IMG/VR virus record: IMGVR_UViG_3300012172_000198
Location: 1 to 27,760 of that record
Origin: a virus
Lineage: Duplodnaviria > Caudoviricetes
Strand: one strand, 5' to 3'
Length of the DNA stretch: 27,760 nucleotides
The notes under the pieces were generated by a model. That model was not told the DNA's origin, ran no database searches, and worked only from the letters and a program-made list of their open reading frames with translations. Below, piece after piece: positions 1 to 9,210 of the stretch. Within the stretch, counting starts at the first letter, position 1. Every line of letters starts with the position of its first letter. Both the position numbers and the translations under genes were made by a program.

Positions 1-320
1 AACTGGCGCAGCACGCAGTCGCGATGTACGGCGACCTCATGGAGCTGCTCACCTACCGCAACCGTCGCGCGCCGAACGCCACACCGGTGGTGTATACGGA
101 CGTGCCGGCGCGCCTCAAGCACTTTCGCGCCAGCGAGATCGACCTGGAGCAGATCCTGCGCAATGACCTGGAGTGCCGCATCCAGACGGCGCTCGTCACG
201 TGGATGCCGACGCGCTACGACGACGTTGACCGCGCGGACGGCACGACGTGGCAGGTGCTCAACATCCTGGGTGGGGTCGGACATCCCTGGTGGAAACTCC
301 AGGTGAGGCAGGTGGGCTAA
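1..320 (+). CDS. Probable head-closure/head-tail joining protein, likely 5'-truncated by the window
   Basis: Frame is open upstream of ATG 24 to the window edge. Small beta-rich protein (D.V..ADGTTWQVLNI...WWKLQVR) directly before a gp10-like neck gene. Confidence 0.55.
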   Translation, partial: LAQHAVAMYGDLMELLTYRNRRAPNATPVVYTDVPARLKHFRASEIDLEQILRNDLECRIQTALVTWMPTRYDDVDRADGTTWQVLNILGGVGHPWWKLQVRQVG

Positions 321-323
321 GCC

Positions 324-827
324 ATGGCTCAACCGTTCATCACGTACAAGCTCACGGTCCCGAACATCCCGATCCTGCACGCCGAGCAGAGCCGGGAGAT
401 CCTCTTTCGCGAGGCCACGCTCGCCGTACGCGCCATCGTCGAAGACGTCGCCAGCGAAGCGCGGCAGCGCACGCCCGTAAGTACCGGTGTGCTCCGCGCC
501 AGTATCGCCACCGACGTGACCACCGGCACCTCGCTCAGTGCCGCCATCCGAGGCACGGTCTTTACGGGGGCTCAGGCACCCTACGCGCCGTATGTGGAAG
601 AGGGGACGGCGCCGCACTGGGCCCCCATTGGGCCGCTGCTCCTGTGGGCGAGACGGGTGCTCGGCAACGAGCGCGCGGCCTACGCCGTGCAGCGGGCGAT
701 CGCCCGGCGGGGCACACGTGGGCGGCACATGTTTCGTGGCGCGATCGCTGCGGTCGCGCCGAGAGCGCAGGGGGTGTTTGCGCAGGCGATGCAGCGCGCG
801 GCCAGGCTGCTCCAGGGGGGGGGTTAG
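324..827 (+). CDS. HK97 gp10-like neck/tail completion protein
   Basis: Motifs TPVSTGVLRASI, APYAPYVEEGT and IARRGTRGRHMF, typical of the HK97-gp10-like family; synteny. Confidence 0.85.
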   Translation: MAQPFITYKLTVPNIPILHAEQSREILFREATLAVRAIVEDVASEARQRTPVSTGVLRASIATDVTTGTSLSAAIRGTVFTGAQAPYAPYVEEGTAPHWAPIGPLLLWARRVLGNERAAYAVQRAIARRGTRGRHMFRGAIAAVAPRAQGVFAQAMQRAARLLQGGG

Positions 828-970
828 CGTCGGTCGCGCATTTCACGCAGGATACGGGCCAGCGTGACGGTGGCATAGATGGCGTAGCCAAACAGGCCAG
901 CCGTGAGAACCAGGCCAATCGCTTGCAGGTGATAGATGTCGAGGAGTGCGGTATGGAGTTCTGGGGTCAT
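824..970 (-). CDS. Small single-TM membrane protein, 48 aa (not in ORF track)
   Basis: Manual translation: MTPELHTALLDIYHLQAIGLVLTAGLFGYAIYATVTLARILREMRDRR*. ATGA overlap with the stop of 967..1203. Confidence 0.7.
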   Translation of the reverse strand: MTPELHTALLDIYHLQAIGLVLTAGLFGYAIYATVTLARILREMRDRR

Positions 971-1203
971 GCGCTCCTCCTCAGCAGTTCGGCAGTTTGC
1001 GCGACAATGGCCTGCGAGGTGGCGTGCATGTCCGCCAGCGCCTTGCGGGTTTCGTCATGCCGAGCATCGAGGCGCCTGGCCAGACGCCACCAGACGAGGC
1101 ACAGGGCGCTCAGATAGAGAAGCGCACCGGCGACAGTCGTGGTAAAGGTGATCTGCTGATTCTGGGCAATGGTATTGAGGGATGCGAGCAGTTGCGGATC
1201 CAT
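967..1203 (-). CDS. Small single-TM membrane protein, 78 aa
   Basis: Hydrophobic stretch VAGALLYLSALCLVWW followed by a basic RLARR; SD-like AGAGGTG upstream. Confidence 0.75.
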   Translation of the reverse strand: MDPQLLASLNTIAQNQQITFTTTVAGALLYLSALCLVWWRLARRLDARHDETRKALADMHATSQAIVAQTAELLRRSA

Positions 1204-1302
1204 TGGGCACCTCTCTACAGGTGTGAGTGATAGGGCCTGACCTGGTAGAGCACGTCAACGCGGGAGCGACCCGCTGACCCTACCACAGGCAGAGTGTACC
1301 AC
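1204..1302 (-). promoter_or_regulatory. Putative promoter and structured 5' leader of the membrane-peptide pair
   Basis: Minus strand: TGgTACACT extended -10-like element, a long imperfect hairpin (1235-1290), then CACCT-gtagag-AGGTG covering the SD. Confidence 0.5.
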
Positions 1303-1358
1303 AGCAGTACACAGAAATTGTACCTCGTATATTGTGCCCTATGCTAGGGATATGCGCT

Positions 1359-1607
1359 ATGCACCTCCGCTGCTTCGTCGCAGACACACCCATACTGGAG
1401 ATCCTCGCCGAGCCCCAGGACCTCCCCAGCGTCGGCGACGCCTGCGTCCTGCCATTGCCGGACGGTATGCAGCGTTTTCGCGTGCGGCGTCTCGTGCGCA
1501 GGTACGGCTTTGCGCGCGTGCTCGCTGGGATGGATCGCCTGCATCTGGAGCGCGTCGATCTCCTGCTCGAAGAGGAAGGGGAGGGCGACGACGATGGCAT
1601 TGAGTGA
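1359..1607 (+). CDS. Hypothetical protein, about 82 aa
   Basis: High-GC3 ORF MHLRCFVADTPILEIL...; its end overlaps the next start. Start uncertain (1332-1359). Confidence 0.6.
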   Translation: MHLRCFVADTPILEILAEPQDLPSVGDACVLPLPDGMQRFRVRRLVRRYGFARVLAGMDRLHLERVDLLLEEEGEGDDDGIE

Positions 1608-2523
1608 CATCATGCAGGCCCTGCTGACGCCGCTCCAGGCCATTCCTGACATCGGCCACGTCTACCCCTACGACCGTCTCGCCCTTGAGCCGACGGTGCT
1701 GAACGGTGTCATGGGACCACTGCCCTCGCTGCGCTTCTGGTGCCTGTCGCGGGCCGGTACCGCCGAAGTCTGGCGCGGCAACGCGAGCGTCGAGCGGTTG
1801 CACCGGCTGCGTCTGCGGGGCTACCTGGCGCTGGACGACCCGCACGCCTCAGAGCGCGTGTATCAGGACCTGGTGGATGCGGTGCAGGGCGCGTTAGCCA
1901 GTGTGGTCACTGTGCCCGGCAGTGCCGAGTACCTCACCGCCCCAACACTTGAGAGACAGGAACCACGTCGGTTGGCCGATACCGTGGACGTCCACTTCAG
2001 TGAGACATTCATCGTCGCGTCGGAGTACCTGCAGGTCACCGTACAGGAGGTGCCTGACGATACGATCACGACCTATCGCGCTCTGGGCGACTGGCTGACG
2101 GCGCAGCTCGCGACGATTCCGCAGGTCGGCCTGGTGCATCCCTACGAACGCCTGACGGTGGAACCGGATCTCGCGTCTGGCGTGTTCGGCGATCCCCAGG
2201 CGTTGCGGGCCTGGACGCTGACGCGCGAGAGCGTGCAGCAGGAGCGGGCACCTGGCCTGGAAAGCCGCGGACAGGAGCGGCTTACTCTGCGCGGCTTTCT
2301 CAGCGTCGACGATATAGCGGCGAGTGAGCTGGTCTTTCAGGCGCTGCTCGAAGACGTCGCCGCGCTACTCAGGCCGGTGCATACGGTGGGGGTGTTTGAC
2401 CGGGTGGGACCACTGCAGATAGAACAAGTAGCCCATAGCCGGGTTGGACAGACGCACCTCTGTCACTTCGCACAATGCGCCTGGCCAGTTGAGGCGTTCG
2501 CACTGGCGCTGAGTGCGCCCTAG
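1594..2523 (+). CDS. Tail terminator-like protein with two tandem homologous domains
   Basis: ATG 1594 after GGAGGG. Internal repeat: LQAIPDIGHVYPYDRL..LRFWCLSR..LRLRGYLALDD..ASERVYQDLVDAV versus LATIPQVGLVHPYERL..LRAWTLTR..LTLRGFLSVDD..ASELVFQALLEDV. Lies before the tube gene. Confidence 0.7.
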   Translation: MALSDIMQALLTPLQAIPDIGHVYPYDRLALEPTVLNGVMGPLPSLRFWCLSRAGTAEVWRGNASVERLHRLRLRGYLALDDPHASERVYQDLVDAVQGALASVVTVPGSAEYLTAPTLERQEPRRLADTVDVHFSETFIVASEYLQVTVQEVPDDTITTYRALGDWLTAQLATIPQVGLVHPYERLTVEPDLASGVFGDPQALRAWTLTRESVQQERAPGLESRGQERLTLRGFLSVDDIAASELVFQALLEDVAALLRPVHTVGVFDRVGPLQIEQVAHSRVGQTHLCHFAQCAWPVEAFALALSAP

Positions 2524-2532
2524 GAGAGCCGC

Positions 2533-3705
2533 ATGGCCGCACCATCGGTAACAAGCATAGGGTATCTTACTAGGATCGGATTAGCCGAAGAGATTCCTTA
2601 CGGAATTCCGGCCCTCGCTACGCAGGTTCTCCCAAGCATCAGCGAGTCGCTCAACGATGTCTACGCGGAAATACCTGATGAGTCGCTCCAAGGGAGTCCC
2701 GTCTACGGCACGCCAGAGCAAGGAAATTTTAGTGCTACTGGGGATCTTGTGGTCCCGATGCGTTATGCCAATGAGTGGGTCTTGCTCAAGCATTTCTTTG
2801 GCGCGTTCGCAGCAGGCCGCTACGACCTGGTCGATAGTCTGCAAGGTCTTGGCATCACGATTAGTATCGACAAGCAAGTGCTCGGGGTCTGGGATTACAG
2901 CGGGAGCAAGGCGACCCAGATCCAGTGGACGTCCAACGCCGACGGCGTGATCCTCACTACCAGCGTCATCCCTGGCGGCTTGCAGCTGAACTCGACGCTC
3001 AACACCCATGCGCACCTGGTCACCCTCCTCCAGGACTCTCGGCGGCTCCTCCATCACCATCTCAAGCTCTGGGTTGGTACCCAGGATCACGCGCTGACGG
3101 AGGCAGACGATCTGTGCTGTAGCGAGTTGACGTTGACGATGGCCAGACCAATGGCGATCGATTATACGAACTGCAGTCAGAATCCGATGGAGCCCATCGA
3201 GAACGCCTTCTTGACCTTTCGCCTGGCCATCACGTTCCCCAGGTTCAGAACGGAAGAGGAGGCGATCATCGGCTGGCGTCAGGACTATACGCAGCTCCAG
3301 GCACGGCTCACGTACACCCATCCCACCACCGGCCAGACGAAGACGCTGGTGATCCCGAACCTGACGTTCGTCACGGCGACCGCGCCGACGGCGGGCCCCG
3401 GGCCGCGCGTGCTCACGACCGAGGCGTCGATTACGCGCGGGGGCTCGACGACGACCAGCGTGCAGATCGCCATTGCGAGTAATGTGGTGACGATCACTGG
3501 AGGGACGTTTCCGGTGGTGGCGCCTGGTGCCCAGGTGACCATTAGTGGCGCGGCCACACCGGGCAACAATGGCACGTTCGAGGCGACCGCCTGGACGCCG
3601 ACGTCGATCACCCTGACGACGCCGCCGGTGCTGACGGATGAGGTGGCTGGCGCGAGCATCACGGTGAGCAGCGCCAATCCGGTCGTCTATCTCCTGGAGA
3701 CTTAG
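2533..3705 (+). CDS. Major tail tube protein with an accessory beta domain near the C-terminus
   Basis: N-terminal IGLAEE.PYG...LP.ISESL...SL.GS...G...ATGDL..PMRY..LLK.FFG pattern of large two-domain siphophage tube proteins; AGGAG SD. Confidence 0.8.
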   Translation: MAAPSVTSIGYLTRIGLAEEIPYGIPALATQVLPSISESLNDVYAEIPDESLQGSPVYGTPEQGNFSATGDLVVPMRYANEWVLLKHFFGAFAAGRYDLVDSLQGLGITISIDKQVLGVWDYSGSKATQIQWTSNADGVILTTSVIPGGLQLNSTLNTHAHLVTLLQDSRRLLHHHLKLWVGTQDHALTEADDLCCSELTLTMARPMAIDYTNCSQNPMEPIENAFLTFRLAITFPRFRTEEEAIIGWRQDYTQLQARLTYTHPTTGQTKTLVIPNLTFVTATAPTAGPGPRVLTTEASITRGGSTTTSVQIAIASNVVTITGGTFPVVAPGAQVTISGAATPGNNGTFEATAWTPTSITLTTPPVLTDEVAGASITVSSANPVVYLLET

Positions 3706-3709
3706 TGCC

Positions 3710-4912
3710 ATGCCGTCTGGCGATCTGCGCGGCCTGGCGCTCGGGCTCGGCCTCTTTCGCTGGGGCCGCGGTACCTACGTGCCACCGGCCTACGTGCCGA
3801 CGCTGGCGATCGGCACGCAGACGCTGGCGGGCTTCGCGCACGAATTGGCCACGGACGGCGCGCAGTGGCCGGCGGCTTCTCCGGCGCTCATGCGCCAGAT
3901 CTGGCCGATCCTCAGTGCCGACTTTGACGCCGGGGTGCAGCAGACTCCCGTCGTTACCCGGGCGCGCGCGCTCGGGCCACAGGCGCTTGACGTGGTGGCG
4001 CGCGCACCGAGCGTGCGTATCGCCTTTCGCTGGCGCTATCAGGGGCTGGAGGCCCTGCTGGCGTGTGCCATGGGGTACATGCCAGCAGGGCTGCCGACGT
4101 CGCTCGGTGGTGGCGCGTACCGGCACCTGTACGAACTCAGTACGGACCTGGCGTCGGAGCCCTGGCCGGAACTCGACGCGCAGCCGCAGGCGACCCGGCT
4201 GGTGCGGCGGGGCACGTTTGCCGCCTGGCGGCAGGTGAGCGTGTGGGAGCTGAAGAGCGGTATGGTGCAGTCGCTGGCGCTCGTGAGCGATGGCCTGACG
4301 GTGAGCGGCGAGGTGGTCCTGGTCGGGGACTCGCTGTCTCGGAGCTCCGCCGTCAATACGGTGCATGTCATGCAGGCCCTGCCACCATACGGCTGGCCGC
4401 TCGTGAGCGTGCGCCATGGGCGCTTGCGGCTCGGGCCGCGCAGTGCGTCGGCACCGCTGTCAGCGGCGCATGACGTGTGCTACCGCACGCTGGAGGTGCG
4501 GCTGGAGAACAATCTGGCAGCCACGTCTGGCCCACGCACCGGCCTGGCGCCGGAAGAATATACGCGCACGGCGCCGCCGACACTCACGCTGGCGTTCGAG
4601 CTGCCGCGCTACGCGAGCGACGTGTGGCTGAAGACCTGGGACGACGGCGAGCCGCTCATGGGTACACTGGCGTTCACCGGGCCGGCGATCGGCGGCAGTG
4701 GGCAGACCTATCACCTGACCTGGTCACTGCCGGCGCTGCGCCTGACGGCTGTGCGGCCCAGCCCGGTACAGGTGGGATTGCCGAGCGTGCAGCATGTCCT
4801 TCAGGCAGAGGTGCCGGACGCGCCGGCGGCGGGGATGCCAGCCACGATGCTCGGGGGGCCGGTGGGCGTCGAGATGGTGTGTGGCGTGGCGAACAATCCA
4901 CTACTGACGTAG
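3710..4912 (+). CDS. Second tail-tube paralog (possible baseplate tube protein)
   Basis: Shares motifs with 2533..3705: RY.GLE.LL..AMG, RHGRLRLGP...LSAAHDVC versus HHHLKLWVG...LTEADDLC, LAFELPRY versus LAITFPRF. Confidence 0.7.
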   Translation: MPSGDLRGLALGLGLFRWGRGTYVPPAYVPTLAIGTQTLAGFAHELATDGAQWPAASPALMRQIWPILSADFDAGVQQTPVVTRARALGPQALDVVARAPSVRIAFRWRYQGLEALLACAMGYMPAGLPTSLGGGAYRHLYELSTDLASEPWPELDAQPQATRLVRRGTFAAWRQVSVWELKSGMVQSLALVSDGLTVSGEVVLVGDSLSRSSAVNTVHVMQALPPYGWPLVSVRHGRLRLGPRSASAPLSAAHDVCYRTLEVRLENNLAATSGPRTGLAPEEYTRTAPPTLTLAFELPRYASDVWLKTWDDGEPLMGTLAFTGPAIGGSGQTYHLTWSLPALRLTAVRPSPVQVGLPSVQHVLQAEVPDAPAAGMPATMLGGPVGVEMVCGVANNPLLT

Positions 4913-4922
4913 GAGAGCGGGT

Positions 4923-5381
4923 ATGGCAGAGGGAACAAACGGACAGGCAACACCAGAGACGCCGCTGAAAAAACCCGTCTTTCTCATCACGGACAAAGAA
5001 CGGCTGAGCTTCACGTTTGAAGAGAGTACCTTCTGGTATCGACGTTTACCGCCTTCAAAGCGGCATGAACTCCTCACGACGCATGCCCAACGCGGCACCT
5101 TTGATATGCAAGGCGTCGCAGGCCTGCAACTGGCGATTGCGACCTATTGTATCCGGGGCTGGGAGAACGTCCTCGATGCGCAGATGCAACCCGTGCCCTT
5201 TCTCGAAGAGATTATCCCGTATCTGCCCTGGGCCGTGATCCAGCGCATCGATGAGCTGGCCATGGAGACGTCTCCTGAGCAACTGCGCGAGAGGTATACC
5301 GATTTTTTGATGCACGCTTCGCCCTCGTCTCCCCCAGCACTGGCAAGTCCATTACCTGCTGGGACTGCAGAGCGCAACTAG
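4923..5381 (+). CDS. Tail assembly chaperone (gpG-like)
   Basis: Between tube and tape measure; IRGWENVLDA..QPVPF motif; contains slippery heptamer T TTT TTG at 5303-5309. Confidence 0.8.
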   Translation: MAEGTNGQATPETPLKKPVFLITDKERLSFTFEESTFWYRRLPPSKRHELLTTHAQRGTFDMQGVAGLQLAIATYCIRGWENVLDAQMQPVPFLEEIIPYLPWAVIQRIDELAMETSPEQLRERYTDFLMHASPSSPPALASPLPAGTAERN

Positions 5382-5659
5382 GGGAAGAGGGCGAGGAGAT
5401 TCCCTGCGACCGTGGCGGGCTCAAGGCGTGTCATTACTGGCGCACGCACGGGTACAGTCCTGGCATGCCGGTGCATGCCGACGACCTGCAAGCCTGGGAA
5501 CTCTTCTGGCAAGCGCAGAAAATTGGCTGGGACGCGGTACGTATCTTCCGCAAGCTGGATGACCTGGATGCGTACGCCGCCGACTGGCTGCTGACGCGAC
5601 TCGTCATTCTCGCGGAGTACGTGCAGGCCCAACAACAGGCCATCCAGGACCAACGCTAG
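4923..5659 (+). CDS. Tail assembly chaperone frameshift fusion (gpGT-like)
   Basis: The -1 frame from 5306 is open to TAG 5657-5659 and includes ORF 5465..5659 (..DARFALVSPSTGKSITCWDCRAQ..MPVHADDLQAWELF..). Confidence 0.75.
5303..5309 (+). other. Programmed -1 ribosomal frameshift site (TTTTTTG)
   Basis: X XXY YYZ heptamer in the correct phase (GAT TTT TTG) at the canonical G/GT position. Confidence 0.75.
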
Positions 5660-5671
5660 GAGGAGACGCTT

Positions 5672-8600
5672 GTGCCACCAGTGGTGTTAGAAATACTTGT
5701 CGATGCTGACAAAGGTATCGTCGAGCTGCGCCAGTTCGATAAGGCTCTGCAAGACACCACCAAAGCCACGCAGCAGCAGACCCAGGCACAGCACCAGGGG
5801 ACACAGAGCAGTACCTCCTTTGCGTCCAGCCTGGCGCAGAGCACCAAAGCGGCCGCGGGCCTGGCGGCGGGCTTCGCCGGCGTGGCCGGCATCGCCACGA
5901 CGCTTGGCGCGGCGGCCACCGCGGCGACCGGGTTTGAGGCCGCGCTCAACAGCATTAACGCGCTCGGCACGGTGAGCCAGCGGCAACTGAGCACGCTGCG
6001 TGAACAACTCTTAGCCCTCCCACCAGCCCTGGGTTCGTCCACCGAACTGGCCAAAGGACTCTACGACATTCTCGGCGCGAACGTCCCCGCCGACAACGCC
6101 ATCACCGTCCTGACCCGCTCGGCTGAACTGGCGAAGGGTGGACTCGGGAACCTCGATACCGCCATCAACGCGGTGACCAAATCGGCGGCCGCGTTCGGTA
6201 TCCCGCTGGAGCAGGCGCAGTACGTTACCGACGTCTTTACCCAGACGGTCGTGCGTGGGCAGGGGCGCTTAGAGGAGTTCGCGCAGGCCTTTCCCCAGGT
6301 CGCGGCCACGGCCGCCGCCACAGGTGCCAGTTTTATCGACACCAATGCGGCCATCGCCGTCCTGACCCAGACGTTCAAGAATGCGGATACGGCTGCCACG
6401 GGCCTCAATTCCTTCTTCCAGCAACTCATTCAGAACAGCGCACAATTCGCCGCTGAGGGCATCAACGTCAAGCAGGTCCTCGCGGAGGAAGGCTTAACGG
6501 GCATCTTTCGGCGCTTGAACGAGGTCACCGGTGGGAGTGCCGAACGCCTCAAGGAACTGATTAACGATTCTGAGGGCTTTCGCGCCGCCCTGACCCTCAC
6601 CGGCACGCAGTTCGAGACGTTTAACGAGACGGTCGGGTCGTATGCCAACGTCACCGGCCTGGCGCAGCAAGCCGCCAGCAAGAATCTGGCGGGGGCCGGG
6701 GCGGCCTGGCAGACGTTCATCAACACCCTGGATCGCCTGGTACAGGAAGTCGCCCCACCGCTCCTCAGCGCGTTTACCAGCATCACCGGTGCAGCCGCGA
6801 CCCTGGCGGCTGATGTGACGAAGCTCTGGCGCGCCTTCGCGCAGAGCGAGACGCTCAAGACGCTGACGGCGGATTTTCAGCAGTTTTTTCAGCTCATCGG
6901 ACAATCCGACGCCTTCCAGACGCTCAATGCCAATCTCCTCACAACGACCGGCAATGCGACGGACACGTACAACGCCTTCGTGGTCTTTGATGCGCTCCTC
7001 ACGGGGAATGTCCGGCCTGCTATCGACTTTGTGACGGCGGGCTGGGATCTGCTCAATGCGGCGTTTACGTACACGACCGCTGGGGTGATAAAGCTCGGGC
7101 AATACCTCGTCGATGCCCTGGTCACTCCACTCACCAAAGTCTTTGCCGCTCTGGAGCAAGGCGCCGTGGCGCTTGGACTCGCCGATGGCCGCTTCAGCCA
7201 ACTCGCCGCTGCCAGCCAGCAGCTCAGCAAGGATCTGGCGCAGGCGAGTGCGACCTTCCAGGGCATGGCCGATGACTTCGTGCTGGGCACGAACCGCATC
7301 GGTACGTCGCAGGACGGCGCCAGCAAGGCCGTGACGACGACGACAGAGGCGGTGAAAGCGCAGAGCGCGGCGCTGCCGCAGCAGGGGAAAGCCGCGAGCG
7401 ATGCCGCCAAAGCCACCGCGCAGCTCAGCGCGTCGCAGCAGGCGCTCCAGAAAGACTTTGAACAGGCCAATACCGCGGCGAGCGGGCTCAAGGCAACGCT
7501 CGAAAAGCTGAAGCTGGGCGACGTTATCAAGGCGATTCCGACTGAAGAACTGACCCGTGCCGTGGCGACCGTCGTCGCGCAACTGAAGGTGATGGAAGAG
7601 AGCGGGACGTTTTCCGCGCGTCAGATAAGCCAAGCCTACGAGGACGCCGCTGCGGTCTTGCGTGAGCGCTTTGGGGCCTTGCCCGCAGACTTTCAAAAAG
7701 CGTTTGACGGTATGCGCGCCAAGGCGAGCACGACCGCGGACGGCATTGCGGCCGCGTTTGAGCGCATGGGCCTGGAAACCCGTGCAGCCTTGCAGCGCAC
7801 GGCCACCGAAGCCCTGGCCGATTTCAAGACGATCCTCGACGCTGGCACGGCCACGCCGGAGCAGTTGCTCGATACCTGGCTTGAGGTGGTCGATCAGATC
7901 GACAAGGCGGGATTTCAGACGCTCCCCAAGGATTTTCAGACCGTCAATAATCGCATGCTCGACATTGCGCGGAAAGCCGGCATCGATCTCCCCAAGCCCT
8001 ATGTCGACGCGTTTGGTGAGATTGCCCTGTCTGGAGAACGCGCTGGTGAGAGACTGAAACAGGCCGCGCACACGATAGATACCTCCTGGCTCCAAACGAG
8101 GGGAGCCTTAGAGCGAGCCAAGGGCGCGGTCGACTCGCTGGAAGGTTCGACGCAGGGCCTCAGCGCGACAGCCATCATGCTCGGCCATACGCTCAATGCA
8201 GCGGGCAAAGAAGTCAACGCGTATGGCAACGCCATTGCCGAACTGAGCAAGGCGACCAAAGATCTGATGGCTGCGCGCATCGTCGTCGAGACGCCCTTCG
8301 CCAGTGACGAAGAGGGCATTCGTCAGCAGATTGCGGAGACCACGAAGCTCATCAGTGACATTACGGGCGGGACCGGGGTGTATACTGGAACGACCCTGAA
8401 AGACCGCGAAGCGCTGCTCAAGCGTTACAATGACATCTTAGAGAAGCAAACCGCGGTGCTCAATACGATTCTCGCCGCCAAGAAAAACGCCTCGACTGCC
8501 ACCGCCACCGGCACCGGCACCGGCACCGGCACCGCCACCGGCACCGGCACCACCACCGGGACCACCACCGGCACGCGGCCGACGGGGGGCGGCAGCGGCT

Positions 8601-8827
8601 TTGCGCCGACCGCGCCCATGGCACCCACCGGCCCCTCCGGCGGCTCCCTGGTGATCGGCGGTGGAACGACGCGGCCTGGGAGTGGGATCCCTGAGACGAC
8701 GACGCAGCGCACCGCGACGTATAATCTGGTCATTCAGACGCAGGCACAGGACGCCGCCACGCTGGCGCGGGACCTGGTGCCGTATCTCAGGCAGGCCGAT
8801 CTGACCAGACGGCCGTTGACAGGATAG
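5672..8827 (+). CDS. Tail tape measure protein (TP901-like), 1051 aa
   Basis: Long Ala-rich helical ORF with FEAALNSINAL, ELAKGLYDILGA and TDVFTQTV..GQ motifs; follows the chaperones. Confidence 0.93.
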   Translation: MPPVVLEILVDADKGIVELRQFDKALQDTTKATQQQTQAQHQGTQSSTSFASSLAQSTKAAAGLAAGFAGVAGIATTLGAAATAATGFEAALNSINALGTVSQRQLSTLREQLLALPPALGSSTELAKGLYDILGANVPADNAITVLTRSAELAKGGLGNLDTAINAVTKSAAAFGIPLEQAQYVTDVFTQTVVRGQGRLEEFAQAFPQVAATAAATGASFIDTNAAIAVLTQTFKNADTAATGLNSFFQQLIQNSAQFAAEGINVKQVLAEEGLTGIFRRLNEVTGGSAERLKELINDSEGFRAALTLTGTQFETFNETVGSYANVTGLAQQAASKNLAGAGAAWQTFINTLDRLVQEVAPPLLSAFTSITGAAATLAADVTKLWRAFAQSETLKTLTADFQQFFQLIGQSDAFQTLNANLLTTTGNATDTYNAFVVFDALLTGNVRPAIDFVTAGWDLLNAAFTYTTAGVIKLGQYLVDALVTPLTKVFAALEQGAVALGLADGRFSQLAAASQQLSKDLAQASATFQGMADDFVLGTNRIGTSQDGASKAVTTTTEAVKAQSAALPQQGKAASDAAKATAQLSASQQALQKDFEQANTAASGLKATLEKLKLGDVIKAIPTEELTRAVATVVAQLKVMEESGTFSARQISQAYEDAAAVLRERFGALPADFQKAFDGMRAKASTTADGIAAAFERMGLETRAALQRTATEALADFKTILDAGTATPEQLLDTWLEVVDQIDKAGFQTLPKDFQTVNNRMLDIARKAGIDLPKPYVDAFGEIALSGERAGERLKQAAHTIDTSWLQTRGALERAKGAVDSLEGSTQGLSATAIMLGHTLNAAGKEVNAYGNAIAELSKATKDLMAARIVVETPFASDEEGIRQQIAETTKLISDITGGTGVYTGTTLKDREALLKRYNDILEKQTAVLNTILAAKKNASTATATGTGTGTGTATGTGTTTGTTTGTRPTGGGSGFAPTAPMAPTGPSGGSLVIGGGTTRPGSGIPETTTQRTATYNLVIQTQAQDAATLARDLVPYLRQADLTRRPLTG
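8495..8575 (+). repeat. ACCGGC/ACCGCC hexamer tandem repeat encoding a Thr-Gly linker
   Basis: Direct reading: TATATGTGTGTGTATGTGTTTGTTTGT. Confidence 0.9.
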
Positions 8828-8830
8828 GGT

Positions 8831-9208
8831 ATGGCATATCCCCAGTTCGTTAAAGCGGGCGTCCCGACCGTCACGCTGACACGCGGCCAGACGTGGCCGG
8901 CGCAGACGAGCATCGAGACCGGGCAGGTCGTCGCGCTGACGGATGGCATGCTGGCGCTGGCGCTGAAATTCGCGCCGACGCGGCCGCGCTATACCGTGCA
9001 GCTTGGCGGTCTGTCACAGAGCGATTTTGACGCCCTGTGGGCGTTCCTGTGGCACCCGCTCATCGACGGCAGCCAGCAGCCCTTTACCTGGATCGACGAG
9101 CGCGGGGTGAGCCGTACGGTGCGCTGGCTCCTCGACACTGCCTTCACCTGGGAAGAAACGTCGGCTGGGCGCCTGAGCGTGACGCTTATCTTGCGCGAGG
9201 AGGGGTAG
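8831..9208 (+). CDS. Distal tail protein (Dit)-like, 125 aa
   Basis: Immediately after the TMP; L..F......G.QQPFTWID..G..RTVR pattern of minimal Dit proteins. Confidence 0.7.
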   Translation: MAYPQFVKAGVPTVTLTRGQTWPAQTSIETGQVVALTDGMLALALKFAPTRPRYTVQLGGLSQSDFDALWAFLWHPLIDGSQQPFTWIDERGVSRTVRWLLDTAFTWEETSAGRLSVTLILREEG

Positions 9209-9210
9209 GC

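Noticed and set aside
2533-4912. Contractile tail sheath plus tube (myovirus, tailocin or eCIS)
   Set aside because: Both proteins look tube-like; no sheath, baseplate wedge or spike genes; a long TMP with Dit and hub indicates a non-contractile tail.
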